Below, piece after piece: positions 31,011-40,758 of a stretch of 64,000 nucleotides of DNA (positions are counted from its first letter, which is position 1; the number at the start of each line of letters is the position of its first letter). The notes below the pieces were generated by a model. That model searched no databases. It was not told the DNA's origin and saw only the letters and a list, made by a program, of their open reading frames with translations. The position numbers and the translations under genes were made by a program. The DNA is from Ferrithrix thermotolerans DSM 19514 (GTDB lineage Bacteria; Actinomycetota; Acidimicrobiia; Acidimicrobiales; Ilumatobacteraceae). The DNA is taken from positions 2,947 through 66,946 of the forward strand of contig CAMAWU010000001.1 in assembly GCA_945862025.1 (NCBI GenBank), read 5' to 3'.

Positions 31011-31477
31011 TACAAATATGTTCCGGGGCGATCTCCTGGCTGTGCAGTTGGAGACACTCCCGACTGAATCTGCCTCTGTTCGGACTGCTGACGCATCGAG
31101 AGTTGTTGCGCGAACATCGTTGCTTGAATTCCGTGAAATAAACCTTCAAGCCAACCAACGAGCTGTGCTTTAGCAATTCGCAATTCTGCGTCAGACGGAA
31201 TTTCACCATCTTTAAATGGCAACGCAAGTGTGCGCAGTTCTTGTTGCAAGTCGGGTGAAAGCGCGGTAGTCAGTTCGGCGATTGAGCGTTCATAAATTTC
31301 TGCAAGTCTTTCGCGCGAAGGATTATCAAGTGTCATTGATCGCACCTCGTCAAGAAGTTGCTTAATCATCGAACCAATGCGCATGACTTTTGCTGGTGCC
31401 GTAACCGTCTCTTGTTCGACAACTCCACTTTCAATAGCCTTGTCGTCAATAATCTCGCCGTGTTCAAGTTCAGTCAT
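31010..31477 (-). CDS. bpa: Bacterial proteasome activator (Bpa/PafE, DUF2587) family protein
   Basis: 155 aa. VMRIGSMIKQLLDEVR, PSDAELRIAKAQLVGWLEGLFHGIQATMFAQQ and the C-terminal ...GTYL closely parallel my recollection of mycobacterial Bpa, which ends GQYL. Stop overlaps the dnaE ATG (TAATG). Confidence 0.78.
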   Translation of the reverse strand: MTELEHGEIIDDKAIESGVVEQETVTAPAKVMRIGSMIKQLLDEVRSMTLDNPSRERLAEIYERSIAELTTALSPDLQQELRTLALPFKDGEIPSDAELRIAKAQLVGWLEGLFHGIQATMFAQQLSMRQQSEQRQIQSGVSPTAQPGDRPGTYL

Positions 31478-31495
31478 GATGGGGTGCCTAACTTA

Positions 31496-32617
31496 TCAGT
31501 TTCTAGCAATAGCGAGCAACGGTACATCAAGTTCGTCATCGGTTAAAGCACCATGTCGACACTGCAACAAATATGGACCAGAGTCAGCCGGATCGTCAAA
31601 ACTAATTGGCTCTTTTGGCACAAGCGCGACATCTCCGAGTCGTTTACGAGTTGCGGCACCGAGTCTTGGACCAAGCCATTGTTCGTCAATAATTTGATTT
31701 TTGCTGACCACCCATGCAACATCGCTGTGATGATGTTGCGCACGAGCCAATAATTCAACTTCTGTTCCTTTACGGGCGTGCAGCCAACGAAACCGACCTT
31801 CTCCAGATTGATGTGAAGTCATTGCCAGGACCTCGGCGTTTGGTGGCAATGTATTTGTACCCACCATTACTTGGCCATGATCTGCAGTAACTATTAGCAC
31901 CGAGTCATCGACTAATACTTCTCGGATATTAGCCACGAGTGCATCAGTACTTCGCAGTTCGGCTTCGTAGAACGAACCAAAGCCACGCTCATGAGCAATT
32001 TTGTCGACCCCGTCGTAGTACGCGTAAATAAACTTTTCACCAGCACGCAACAACTGGCCAATTTCGACGGCGATACTTGACGCAGCACGCCACCCCTTGG
32101 GTCGCACGCCTCGAAGATGGGCCTCGGTAAATGCAGAACCTTCGAGTTCGGCTTTGCTTAGCACTGGCACACTTGCACCCATAAACGGTGGACACGGCTG
32201 AATCAAATCAGGAGGATACATATTTCTCAGGTCACCCTTTTCGTCGCCCCACTTGAGCATTTGCATCACACGGCTTCCCATGTCGATTCGATATCCGACG
32301 AGTCCGTGCTCTGCGGGCGCTAGCCCAGTCGTGATTGAAGTCAATGCGCTAACGGTTGTCGTCGGCGCAATCGTTGTAATCGCCGCACCCTGCATCGCGC
32401 CAATGTTCGGACAATGTGCCAAATTCTTTTGCAATTGATGCCAGCCAAGACCATCGATTACTAGCAACACAACTTGCCGCGCACCTTGGATACAACTCGG
32501 CATCCAATTTGGAATCTCGTTTGTGCCCGATGGTCCAAGAAGCGCCGGAATTATTCCTGTTACGCAGCCACCGTTGTAGGCAGGCAGGCGTGGACCAAGT
32601 AGTTGTTTGCTGTTCAT
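31496..32617 (-). CDS. Alkaline phosphatase superfamily protein (type I phosphodiesterase/nucleotide pyrophosphatase-like)
   Basis: 373 aa. Metal-site motifs VIDGLGWHQL, APTTTVSALTSITTGLAPAEHG, YYDGVDKIAHERG and VTADHGQV. Confidence 0.78.
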   Translation of the reverse strand: MNSKQLLGPRLPAYNGGCVTGIIPALLGPSGTNEIPNWMPSCIQGARQVVLLVIDGLGWHQLQKNLAHCPNIGAMQGAAITTIAPTTTVSALTSITTGLAPAEHGLVGYRIDMGSRVMQMLKWGDEKGDLRNMYPPDLIQPCPPFMGASVPVLSKAELEGSAFTEAHLRGVRPKGWRAASSIAVEIGQLLRAGEKFIYAYYDGVDKIAHERGFGSFYEAELRSTDALVANIREVLVDDSVLIVTADHGQVMVGTNTLPPNAEVLAMTSHQSGEGRFRWLHARKGTEVELLARAQHHHSDVAWVVSKNQIIDEQWLGPRLGAATRKRLGDVALVPKEPISFDDPADSGPYLLQCRHGALTDDELDVPLLAIARN

Positions 32618-32713
32618 GCTTTTGTGATATCCGTCCTCGTGCCAAAGACATTACTTCAGAGGTATCTCAGTCACTGTGAGTCGCCCATTGTATTGCTGGC
32701 GTACGATATAGGC

Positions 32714-33160
32714 GTGCGAATTTCGACTCGAGGCGACTATGCATGTCGCGCGTTGCTTTCGTTGCGACTTCATCAAACGGACGAAGGCCCGACATCAGTT
32801 CGCGACATCGCGGCTCGCACCGCATTACCGCAACCGTATTTAGAGCAAATTTTACTTGCACTCAAGGGCGCTGGATTAGTTAAATCGAAGCGTGGAGTTG
32901 GCGGCGGCTACGAGTTGGCTCGTCACGCAAATGAAATTCACCTCTCAGAAATTATTTCTGCAGTTGATGGACCAATTTCTGTTGGTGACTTCGGCGAGCC
33001 ACATACGGGCGGTTCATGTGACCATGATGGACAATGTGTGCTGTTGGCAGTCTGGCATCTAGCCAGCGATTACATGCGCGAACACCTTACGAAATACACT
33101 CTCGAAGATATCGCAGCAATTTCAAATGGTGAAGCCTCTTGGCCGGTCGCCAAAAAATAA
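32714..33160 (+). CDS. Rrf2 family transcriptional regulator
   Basis: A GTG start at 32714 gives VRISTRGDYACRALLSL..., the canonical Rrf2 N-terminus with a winged HTH (LKGAGLVKSKRGVGGGYELA). Divergent from the AP-family gene. Confidence 0.85.
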   Translation: MRISTRGDYACRALLSLRLHQTDEGPTSVRDIAARTALPQPYLEQILLALKGAGLVKSKRGVGGGYELARHANEIHLSEIISAVDGPISVGDFGEPHTGGSCDHDGQCVLLAVWHLASDYMREHLTKYTLEDIAAISNGEASWPVAKK

Positions 33161-33182
33161 CTGAAATATTCAGCAGCTATAA

Positions 33183-34121
33183 CTAGCTACATTTTTTTAG
33201 GATTGCCTTGAAGTCATCTGGGGTCTGCACGTCGAACTGCATCTGCGCGCCTGTCACAGGATGATCAAATTTCAAAGTCATCGCGTGCAACATTGGTCGG
33301 GGTGAAGAGAGCACACTGCGAGCACCGCCGTAAACAACATCACCAACCACACTGTGTCCGAGCGCCGCCAAATGAACGCGAATTTGATGCGTGCGACCAG
33401 TTTCTAATCCACATTCAAGAAGCGAGCAACTAACAGGGATTGAAAAAACTTGGCGCACTTCATAATTCGTACGAGCAGTTTTGCCACCGGCAACCACGGC
33501 CACTTTTGTTGGATCTCGTTGATCGCGGCCAAGAGGCGCATCAATCACACCACTGGGTGCACCCATCTCGCCCCACACAAGAGTTAAATATCTACGCACA
33601 ACAACTCGGCGCGAGAGCGCATCAACTAAAGAGTCGTACGCCCGAGCAGTTCGAGCCATGACCATCAGTCCGGTTGTTCCTGCGTCAAGACGATGTACTA
33701 CACCAGGTCGAAAAGCATCGCCGACTGAAGCGATTTCGGGATAGATCGCCAGTACTGCATTAACTAATGTGCCTGTGGGGTTGCCTGCACCTGGGTGAAC
33801 AACTATTCCCGCCTGCTTGTTGATCACAATTACATCATCATCAACATAAACAACATCAACTTTAATATTTGGCTCGGCCGCAGGTAATTGTTTTGCTGGG
33901 AGCATTGACAGATCAATAACGATGCGTTGTCCTTCTGAAACTTTTATCTTGCCAGCCTTGACCACGACATCATCCAGAAGCACGGCACCAACATCAATGA
34001 TTTGCGAGGCCATTGATCGTGGAATATCTGCAACCAAAGAGATCACCCGATCTACCCGCTGCCCCGCTAGTGATGCAACAATCGTTTCTTGAATTATCCG
34101 CCCTGTCGAATTATCGGTCAT
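33183..34121 (-). CDS. rluD: RluA family pseudouridine synthase (RluD-like)
   Basis: 312 aa. S4 domain, catalytic motif VVHRLDAGTTGLMV and RTHQIRVHLA. Downstream of lspA with a 4-nt overlap. Confidence 0.9.
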   Translation of the reverse strand: MTDNSTGRIIQETIVASLAGQRVDRVISLVADIPRSMASQIIDVGAVLLDDVVVKAGKIKVSEGQRIVIDLSMLPAKQLPAAEPNIKVDVVYVDDDVIVINKQAGIVVHPGAGNPTGTLVNAVLAIYPEIASVGDAFRPGVVHRLDAGTTGLMVMARTARAYDSLVDALSRRVVVRRYLTLVWGEMGAPSGVIDAPLGRDQRDPTKVAVVAGGKTARTNYEVRQVFSIPVSCSLLECGLETGRTHQIRVHLAALGHSVVGDVVYGGARSVLSSPRPMLHAMTLKFDHPVTGAQMQFDVQTPDDFKAILKKCS

Positions 34122-34627
34122 GATCGTGCTCTTGTCATGAACGCCCCCAAAATTAAAAATCCTGCACCAATTGTTACGGCCGAATCGGCAACATTAAAAA
34201 CGGGAAACCACTGCAGATCAATAAAATCCACAACGGAGCCACCCATCCATCCGCCATCTCTAAACAGTCGATCCAATATGTTTCCAGTTGCACCACCGAC
34301 AAGTAAACCTGTGCCAATAGTTGTGGCAAATATTTTCGCATCACGCAACGACATCAACAGACCGATGACGACAAAGATTGCCAAAACTCCGATTATCCGG
34401 CCGACTCCTTGTCCTTGCGAGAACGCCATTCCCGAATTAAATACAAGATTAAATTGCAGCGTCCAAAATAATTTGACGACCTTGCCGTCACTTAATGCGT
34501 TTAGCACCCACTGTTTTGTCAACTGATCAGCAACAACCACTGCCAAAATTAACCAATACGCGATTGCTTTTGATGCATTTTTAGTTGCAGTAACATCGGT
34601 CATTGCAACACTCGATTGATCAGCCAA
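34118..34627 (-). CDS. lspA: Lipoprotein signal peptidase (signal peptidase II)
   Basis: 169 aa. Four TM helices, with the NSGMAFS and VDFIDLQWFPVFNVAD motifs. Confidence 0.9.
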   Translation of the reverse strand: MADQSSVAMTDVTATKNASKAIAYWLILAVVVADQLTKQWVLNALSDGKVVKLFWTLQFNLVFNSGMAFSQGQGVGRIIGVLAIFVVIGLLMSLRDAKIFATTIGTGLLVGGATGNILDRLFRDGGWMGGSVVDFIDLQWFPVFNVADSAVTIGAGFLILGAFMTRARS

Positions 34628-34630
34628 ACC

Positions 34631-35770
34631 TTAATAAGAACCAATTCCACCAGCGCGCTCTTGCACAAGTTCTGTAGTCCAAGGTAATGCCTTTAATCGC
34701 TCACGAGGAATCGGTAAACCAGATCTACTTGAATATCCGTAATCACCGGTTTCAATTCGCTTGAGCGCATCGTCGATTTCTTCAACCGTCTGTCGCGCCG
34801 AAGCCGAAAGTGTTAAATCGCGTTCGCGTTCTACAACCATGGTGTCGCCTTCGCCGCCTTCATCGTCAAACTGAACATCACCCATCTCTGAGTTTTCGAC
34901 GATCGCATTTGCTTCACTTTCGAGACGATCGGCCTGACCAAGTAAGTTTCGTCGTTCGGTTCGCAACATTTCGCGCTGCGAAATAAGAAATTCAATGTTG
35001 AACTCTTTGGATGGTGTAATTCCATCTTGCATCACGCCCTTAATAATTGGTGGCTTGGGCGGCGCAACAGGCTTTCGATGTAACTCAATCTCTGCCAAAC
35101 GCTCTGCTTCGCGTGCTGCCAACTTTGCGAGCTTCTCAGCCTCGCGGGCCTGTTTTGCAAGTTGCTTTTCTTTTTCTTTAGCGATGCGCAATGCCAACTT
35201 CTCAGCAAGTTGATCTGCTTTTAGTTTTGCTCGTTCTTTGGCTAGGCGGATTGTTTCTTTTTGCTTTTCTTTTAACGCTCGCGCTTTAGCAACCGCTGCG
35301 GCTCGCTTTTCGATTTCTCGCTGACGTTTTACAGCTTTAACTTGATCTAGACGAGCCTTGATTTCAAGTTTCTTCTTCATATCTAGTTTCTTCTTGAGAT
35401 CAAGCTTCTTCTTCATGTCTAGTTTCTTCTTGAGATCAAGTTTCTTCTTCAACTCAAGTTTCTTCTTCATGTCTAGTTTCTTCTTTAGATCAAGTTTCTT
35501 CTTGAGATCAAGTTTCTTCTTCATGTCTAGTTTCTTCTTCAACTCAAGTTTCTTCTTGAGATCAAGTTTCTTCTTGAGATCAAGTTTCTTCTTCGTATCT
35601 AGTTTCTTCTTGAGTTCAAGCTTCTTCTTTAAAGCCGTCTTCGCCTTGGCTCCGGTCTGTTTCTTCGCAGGCTTCTTTTTCGGCGAAGATTTCTTTTTGT
35701 TCATCTTTTTTGAGCCAGATTTCTTGCTCTTTTTTGATGACGCCTTACTCTTGGAACCCACGATATTCAC
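34631..35770 (-). CDS. Lysine-repeat (histone H1-like) / coiled-coil / DksA-TraR-like fusion protein (DdbA-like nucleoid-associated protein candidate)
   Basis: 379 aa. aa 1-46 are S/K-rich and basic. aa 47-142 are 16 hexapeptide repeats [LMTI]K(K/A)(K/R)L[DE]. aa 143-230 are a K/E/A coiled coil. The C-terminus (RQTVEEIDDALKRIETGDYGYSSRSGLPIPRERLKALPWTTELV) is collinear with the DksA/TraR zinc-finger region, but all four Cys are replaced. Same ileS-X-lspA-rluD position as Streptomyces SCO2075. The start may be GTG 35761 (GAGAGG 8 nt upstream) rather than GTG 35770. Confidence 0.7.
   Translation of the reverse strand: MNIVGSKSKASSKKSKKSGSKKMNKKKSSPKKKPAKKQTGAKAKTALKKKLELKKKLDTKKKLDLKKKLDLKKKLELKKKLDMKKKLDLKKKLDLKKKLDMKKKLELKKKLDLKKKLDMKKKLDLKKKLDMKKKLEIKARLDQVKAVKRQREIEKRAAAVAKARALKEKQKETIRLAKERAKLKADQLAEKLALRIAKEKEKQLAKQAREAEKLAKLAAREAERLAEIELHRKPVAPPKPPIIKGVMQDGITPSKEFNIEFLISQREMLRTERRNLLGQADRLESEANAIVENSEMGDVQFDDEGGEGDTMVVERERDLTLSASARQTVEEIDDALKRIETGDYGYSSRSGLPIPRERLKALPWTTELVQERAGGIGSY
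35345..35632 (-). repeat. Coding tandem repeat, 16 x 18 nt (hexapeptide LKKKLD/LKKKLE/MKKKLD)
   Basis: Directly visible on the plus strand as ...atctagtttcttcttgag atcaagcttcttcttcat gtctagtttcttcttgag... Lies in frame within the 34631..35770 CDS. Confidence 0.95.
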
Positions 35771-36052
35771 CTCTCAAGCAAATCCAGTTGAGGATTTTGC
35801 CTATTTGACTAGGTTACGGTAGCGGATTTGAAGGCGTAAACGAGTCAATTTCTTCTGAAACCGAGACGAACATGTCATCTAGAGGTCTGGACACTTGTTG
35901 TACAAGTTCTTACGAACTCCAAGTCAACACCGGCGCAACAAGTTTTTTCTTGGCTAATTTTTTTGACTTTTTAGCCGTTTGCATTTTTTTGGAAGCCAAA
36001 ATAACTGCCTCGCGCTCGTTCTGTTATTCAACAAGGCTATATCGGCTAGAGG

Positions 36053-39000
36053 TTAGTGCGTCAACTCAACGAATATCGGGACACCATCCAAATCAAAATT
36101 TGAAGCTTGCGACTCAACGAATGTAACTTCAAGGGCAAGAGTCTCGGTCTTGATTGTCTCAATGTGATTGGAAATTTGAGACCTGATTGCTTCAGGCAAT
36201 CCAAGTTGTAACTTAATTCGATCTGAAACATCTAAACCTGACTCGCGTCGCTGTTGCTGTATCAGTCTGATCAAATCGCGCGATACTCCTTCGGCCTCAA
36301 GATCTGGAGTTAAGTCAATATCCAAAACGACTACACCTTCAGAATTGCTGAGTTTTGCACTTGCACCAGCACTCTTTGGTACGAGTTTCAATTGATATTC
36401 GCCTTCAAATAGGTCAATTGCTCCAGCAGTAACAATATTTCCGTTCCGCTTCCAGTCACCTTTTTTTACGGCAACTATTACTTTTTGGGTATCTGCCCCA
36501 AGTCTCGGACCAGCAACACTTGGCACAACTTGTAATTCGAATGCAGCGACTGACGAAACATCGTCGGTGAATTGAACTTTGCGAACATTTACTTCATCGG
36601 CGATCACATCAACAAAGTCTTTTAGTGCAGACGAGTCAGCGGTTGCAACCGTCAAACTCGCAAGCGGCAGTCTGGCTCGGCGACCATGAACCTTGCGCAA
36701 TGAAAGCGTGGTTGAACATACATCGCGTACTCGATCCATCGATGCGACCAAAGCGTCGTCTTGACGCAAACCCTCTGTAGTTGGCCAAGCCTGAAGATGC
36801 ACACTTCGCTCACCAGTTAGCCCACGAAAAATTTGCTCGGAGATCAGCGGCAAAACAGGGGCGGAAATACGAGTTAAGAAGTGCAACACAGTATGTAACG
36901 TATTGATTGCGGCGCTGTCTCCAGACCAAAAACGGTCTCGGCTACGACGAATATACCAATTTGTAAGAACATCTAGAAACACGCGAATCTCGGCGCATGA
37001 CGCGAATAAATCATTTTTGTCGAAGCTTTTCGTCGTTTCAGTTATTAAATCGCGCAGTTTTGCAATTATGTATCGATCTAAAACATTTTCGCTGCTCGTG
37101 TCAACCTTGCCGATTAACGATTCAGCATTTGCGTAAAGAGTCAAAAAATACCAACTATTCCAAAGTGGCAACATCACTTGACGCACAGTGTCACGCATGC
37201 CATCTTCGGTGACTGCAAAATCTGCTCCGCGCAAAATGGATGAAGAAAGCAAATACCAGCGCATCGCATCTGCGCCGTGGCTGTCAAACACTTTCATCGG
37301 GTCTGGATAATTGCGCAAACTTTTTGACATCTTTGCGCCGTCTTCACCCAAAACGATGCCGTGACTTACACAATTCAAAAATGCAGGTCGATCAAATAAT
37401 GCAGTGGCTAAGACATGTAACGTATAAAACCATCCACGCGTCTGTCCGATGTACTCAACAATGAAATCGCCCGGATAGTGATTTTCAAACCACTCTTGGT
37501 TCTCAAATGGATAATGCACTTGCGCGAACGGCATTGATCCACTTTCAAACCAGCAATCTAAAACTTCTGGGACACGACGCATCATCGACTTGCCAGATGG
37601 ATCATCTGGATTCGCACGGACAAGCTGATCAATCTCTGGGCGATGCAACTCTTGAATGTCTACTCCAAAGTCGCGTCGCAATTCTTCAAGACTGCCGTAA
37701 ACATCAATACGCGGAAAGTCTGGGTCATCGCTTCGCCATACCGGAATTGGTGAACCCCAAAAACGATTACGACTAATCGTCCAGTCGCGCGCATTCTCAA
37801 GCCACTTTCCAAAACTGCCGTTTTTCAAATGATCGGGCACCCAAGTCACTTGTTCGTTTAGTTCGACCATCCGGTCTTTTATTGCAGTCACTTTTACAAA
37901 CCACGAACCAACCGCTTTATAAATTAATGGCTTACCAGTACGCCAACAGTGCGGGTATGCGTGGTCGTAAGTTTCATGGCGTACTACGACGCCACGGTCT
38001 TTCAACATCCGAATGATCGCAGGATTGGCATCAAACACAAGTTGACCTTCAAAGTCATTGACTTCAGCGGTAAAACATCCACGCGAATCAACTGGAACAA
38101 CTAGCTCAATATTTTCGTCTTGGCAAACGCGTTGGTCGTCTTCACCGAAACCTGGCGCAAGATGCACTACCCCGGTCCCGTCTTCAGTAGTTACGAAATC
38201 ACCTGCAATAATGCGAAAAGAATTTGCATGATCCGAAAAATAATTAAACAACGGTTTGTAGGTACGCCCAACTAACTCAGAACCTTTAAGAGTTGACGAA
38301 ATTTTAGGATCAGGGAACTCGCGCTCATAGGCACTTAACCGATCGGCAGCGATAATTAATTTGCGACCGCCATCTTGGATCACCACATAGTCAACATCAG
38401 GAGAAACAGCAAGCGCTAAATTTGACGGCAATGTCCAAGGAGTTGTTGTCCAAGCAAGAATGAACTCGCCAGTTAAAAGTTCAAACGCAACCGTGAGTGC
38501 GGGATCTTGCACTTGTCGATACGCGTCATCCATTCGAGTTTCAGTGTTTGAAAGTGGTGTTTCAAGCGCCCATGAATATGGCAAAACTCGAAAACCTTCG
38601 TAAATCAATCCCTTGTCCCATAATTTCTTGAACGCCCACATCACACTCTCCATATAAGGAGTGTCGAGAGTTTTGTAATCGTTCTCGAAATCAACCCATC
38701 GAGCTTGCCGAGTTACATATCGCTCCCAGTCGCTGGTGTACTGCAGAACCGAACTTCGGCAATATTCATTGAACTTATCAATGCCATAATCAGTGATGGC
38801 TTGACGCCCCGAGATCTTGAGTTGTCGTTCTGCCTCTGCCTCAGCAGGAAGCCCGTGACAATCCCAGCCGAAGCGTCGATCAACGCGTTGCCCGCGCATC
38901 GTGCGATAGCGCGGTACGGCATCTTTAACAAAACCTGTCAGTAAGTGTCCATAATGTGGCAGGCCGTTTGCAAACGGTGGCCCGTCGTAGAAAACAAATT

Positions 39001-39133
39001 CATTTTCTCCATTGGATCCAGCGCCGTGCAACGCAAGTGATGCCTCAAAGGTTTGATCTTGCTTCCAATATTCAAGAGTCTTTGACTCAAGCAACGGAAA
39101 ATTAGGTTGTGGCTCTACTTGCGGGTATGACAC
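36053..39133 (-). CDS. ileS: Isoleucine--tRNA ligase
   Basis: 1026 aa. HIGH region [19 protein letters not shown] as KMSKSLRN and the CP1 editing domain. Confidence 0.97.
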   Translation of the reverse strand: MSYPQVEPQPNFPLLESKTLEYWKQDQTFEASLALHGAGSNGENEFVFYDGPPFANGLPHYGHLLTGFVKDAVPRYRTMRGQRVDRRFGWDCHGLPAEAEAERQLKISGRQAITDYGIDKFNEYCRSSVLQYTSDWERYVTRQARWVDFENDYKTLDTPYMESVMWAFKKLWDKGLIYEGFRVLPYSWALETPLSNTETRMDDAYRQVQDPALTVAFELLTGEFILAWTTTPWTLPSNLALAVSPDVDYVVIQDGGRKLIIAADRLSAYEREFPDPKISSTLKGSELVGRTYKPLFNYFSDHANSFRIIAGDFVTTEDGTGVVHLAPGFGEDDQRVCQDENIELVVPVDSRGCFTAEVNDFEGQLVFDANPAIIRMLKDRGVVVRHETYDHAYPHCWRTGKPLIYKAVGSWFVKVTAIKDRMVELNEQVTWVPDHLKNGSFGKWLENARDWTISRNRFWGSPIPVWRSDDPDFPRIDVYGSLEELRRDFGVDIQELHRPEIDQLVRANPDDPSGKSMMRRVPEVLDCWFESGSMPFAQVHYPFENQEWFENHYPGDFIVEYIGQTRGWFYTLHVLATALFDRPAFLNCVSHGIVLGEDGAKMSKSLRNYPDPMKVFDSHGADAMRWYLLSSSILRGADFAVTEDGMRDTVRQVMLPLWNSWYFLTLYANAESLIGKVDTSSENVLDRYIIAKLRDLITETTKSFDKNDLFASCAEIRVFLDVLTNWYIRRSRDRFWSGDSAAINTLHTVLHFLTRISAPVLPLISEQIFRGLTGERSVHLQAWPTTEGLRQDDALVASMDRVRDVCSTTLSLRKVHGRRARLPLASLTVATADSSALKDFVDVIADEVNVRKVQFTDDVSSVAAFELQVVPSVAGPRLGADTQKVIVAVKKGDWKRNGNIVTAGAIDLFEGEYQLKLVPKSAGASAKLSNSEGVVVLDIDLTPDLEAEGVSRDLIRLIQQQRRESGLDVSDRIKLQLGLPEAIRSQISNHIETIKTETLALEVTFVESQASNFDLDGVPIFVELTH

Positions 39134-39140
39134 TTGAGAA

Positions 39141-39404
39141 CTAGCAGTTCAAGATCATGCCCTGCACAACAATTTGCAGGAATAACAACACAACGAGTGC
39201 AGAGAAATCGATTGCTCCAGTACTAGGCATTTTTCTACGGACTGCACTTAATACCGGCTCAGTAAATCTGCCGACAAAATATGAAACTTGTGCAACTATC
39301 CCACCGCTTGTGGCCGGAAACCATGAGAGAACCACTCGCACGATGATCATCATTATAAAAATTGACACTGCATTACATAGCAGTCCGGAAATTGAACTTG
39401 GCAT
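39141..39404 (-). CDS. yggT: YggT family membrane protein
   Basis: 87 aa, 2 TM, with the RVVLSWFP motif. Follows sepF as in other Actinomycetota. Confidence 0.8.
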   Translation of the reverse strand: MPSSISGLLCNAVSIFIMMIIVRVVLSWFPATSGGIVAQVSYFVGRFTEPVLSAVRRKMPSTGAIDFSALVVLLFLQIVVQGMILNC

Positions 39405-39424
39405 AGTTTGGTCGCTAAATCGTA

Positions 39425-39967
39425 CTAGCCGCGTGTTACTCGCCCAAGTGGTGGCCTCATCGTGAAAACACCAGTGCTGGTCTTCTCGATTGACCCACCT
39501 GCAAACATCGCCACACCGCTGGCGAAATCAACTACTCGACGCATGATTTTTGGCTCGGTTTCTCGAACATCAATTATCACTGGAACACCGCGCTTAAAAT
39601 GATCAACAATTTCTATTGCATCTTCGTAAGTCTCTGGATACACAGTTACTGGTTCGGACGAAATCGGTAACGGACGAACACTCGCATCTTGGCGGTTGCC
39701 CATAGCGGGGCGCAATGTCAGGCCAGAATCATTCTGCTCTTGCTGTCTGCGCATTCCGGCGCTAACACTTTGATCGTCGTAAGTGTCCGAAAAATCATTA
39801 TTGCGATTGTTCTCGATGCGTCGCTGAGGTTGGCGAGGATTATTTCGTTGCGGTCCGCGTTGCCGTGGATCAAACTCTTGATCTTCAAGATTCTGGTCGT
39901 CGTAATAGTCATAAGACTCATCGTTACCCAGTCCCAGGTAGTCCATCGCCTTACGAAACATTGACAT
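39425..39967 (-). CDS. sepF: Cell division protein SepF
   Basis: 180 aa. N-terminal amphipathic MSMFRKAMDYLGL, a disordered Q/R/N-rich linker and a C-terminal SepF core (VTVYPETYEDAIEIVDHFKRGVPVIIDV). Confidence 0.88.
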   Translation of the reverse strand: MSMFRKAMDYLGLGNDESYDYYDDQNLEDQEFDPRQRGPQRNNPRQPQRRIENNRNNDFSDTYDDQSVSAGMRRQQEQNDSGLTLRPAMGNRQDASVRPLPISSEPVTVYPETYEDAIEIVDHFKRGVPVIIDVRETEPKIMRRVVDFASGVAMFAGGSIEKTSTGVFTMRPPLGRVTRG

Positions 39968-40066
39968 ACACGAAGTTTACTTGAATTTGGCTCAAAATCG
40001 AGGTTATACATCTCTCGTAAATTAACCGTTTGTTTGGCTTTGATTTCACGATTGCTCGCCTCTAGT

Positions 40067-40738
40067 TCAAAATCTCGTGCCGAAAAGTGCAGAACCGATG
40101 CGCACGGCCGTAGAACCCTGTTCAACCGCGATTTCGAAGTCTCCAGTCATACCCATGCTTAATTGTTTTAGTCCAAGATCGTTCGCAATCTCATGAACTA
40201 ATCGAAACGCAGATCGAGTTTTGATTGGATCATTATTCGTTGGCCCGACTGTCATCAATCCAATTACATCTAGCCCGCCGCTCACGGCCGTTGCCAACAA
40301 CTTTGCAACCTCGCTCGGCTCGCATCCGCCTTTGTCAGACTCATTGGTTGAATTTACTTGCAGCATTATTTGAACTGGTGTGACACGCGTTGCGACATCA
40401 CTGCGTTTTGCAATTTCGTTAATCAACGAAACCCGATCGACGCTCTCCCAAATATCTACAAGATCAACAAGCGCTCTAATCTTGTTGCTCTGCAACCTCC
40501 CGATGAAATGTAACGGCAACCGTTGATGCTCTGAAAGTTCACGGGTTTTAGAAATTACCTCTTGCGCGTAATTCTCGCCTACTCCATCACAGCCAGTTGA
40601 GAACGCACCGAGCAAGGCAGTGACACCAAATGACTTAGTAACCGCGATCAACTTAACTTTTTCACCACCAGCATTAGCGATGCGAGCACGAATCTGGGCT
40701 ACGCGCTCAGCCAAAAACTCTAAATTTGGGGCATTCAT
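40067..40738 (-). CDS. yggS: YggS family pyridoxal phosphate homeostasis protein
   Basis: 223 aa. LIAVTKSF (PLP Lys), HFIGRLQSNK and LSMGMTGDFEIAVEQGSTAVRIG. Confidence 0.9.
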   Translation of the reverse strand: MNAPNLEFLAERVAQIRARIANAGGEKVKLIAVTKSFGVTALLGAFSTGCDGVGENYAQEVISKTRELSEHQRLPLHFIGRLQSNKIRALVDLVDIWESVDRVSLINEIAKRSDVATRVTPVQIMLQVNSTNESDKGGCEPSEVAKLLATAVSGGLDVIGLMTVGPTNNDPIKTRSAFRLVHEIANDLGLKQLSMGMTGDFEIAVEQGSTAVRIGSALFGTRF

Positions 40739-40758
40739 GTCGTCACCGACACGCAGAG

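Noticed and set aside
32618-32713. I searched the divergent spacer between the AP-family gene and the Rrf2 regulator for an Rrf2 operator.
   Set aside because: I found only a 9-bp TCAC-N-GTGA palindrome (about 32672-32680), which is too short to distinguish from chance.
33171-33183. A small hairpin (ctgaa-ata-ttcag) between the convergent Rrf2 and rluD genes, considered as a bidirectional terminator.
   Set aside because: The stem is only 5 bp and AT-rich, too weak to call a terminator with any confidence.
35345-35632. A regular 18-nt repeat array that superficially resembles a CRISPR or minisatellite locus.
   Set aside because: The units are contiguous with no spacers. They lie in frame inside a long ORF and translate to a coherent hexapeptide repeat. 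There are no cas genes and no leader.
35358-35822. A 154-aa plus-strand ORF (SSFFF-rich) opposite the lysine-repeat gene.
   Set aside because: It is the mirror image of the KKKLDL repeat, with AAG/AAA read as CTT/TTT on the other strand. The composition is not protein-like, and the minus-strand frame has a recognisable DksA-like C-terminus.
35910-35984. A 24-codon lysine-rich mini-ORF (MQTAKKSKKLAKKKLVAPVLTWSS) on the minus strand in the ileS / lysine-repeat-gene spacer. Also the 84-aa plus-strand ORF at 35872-36126.
   Set aside because: Neither has a Shine-Dalgarno. The mini-ORF is built from A-runs in an AT-rich spacer and could arise by chance. The 84-aa ORF overlaps the ileS 3' end antisense and has non-coding-like composition.
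39134-39420. I looked for a T-box leader upstream of ileS, which is common for actinobacterial ileS.
   Set aside because: Only 7 nt separate the yggT stop from the ileS start, and the preceding sequence is yggT coding. I found no AGGGTGGTACCGCG-like T-box core on the transcribed strand.
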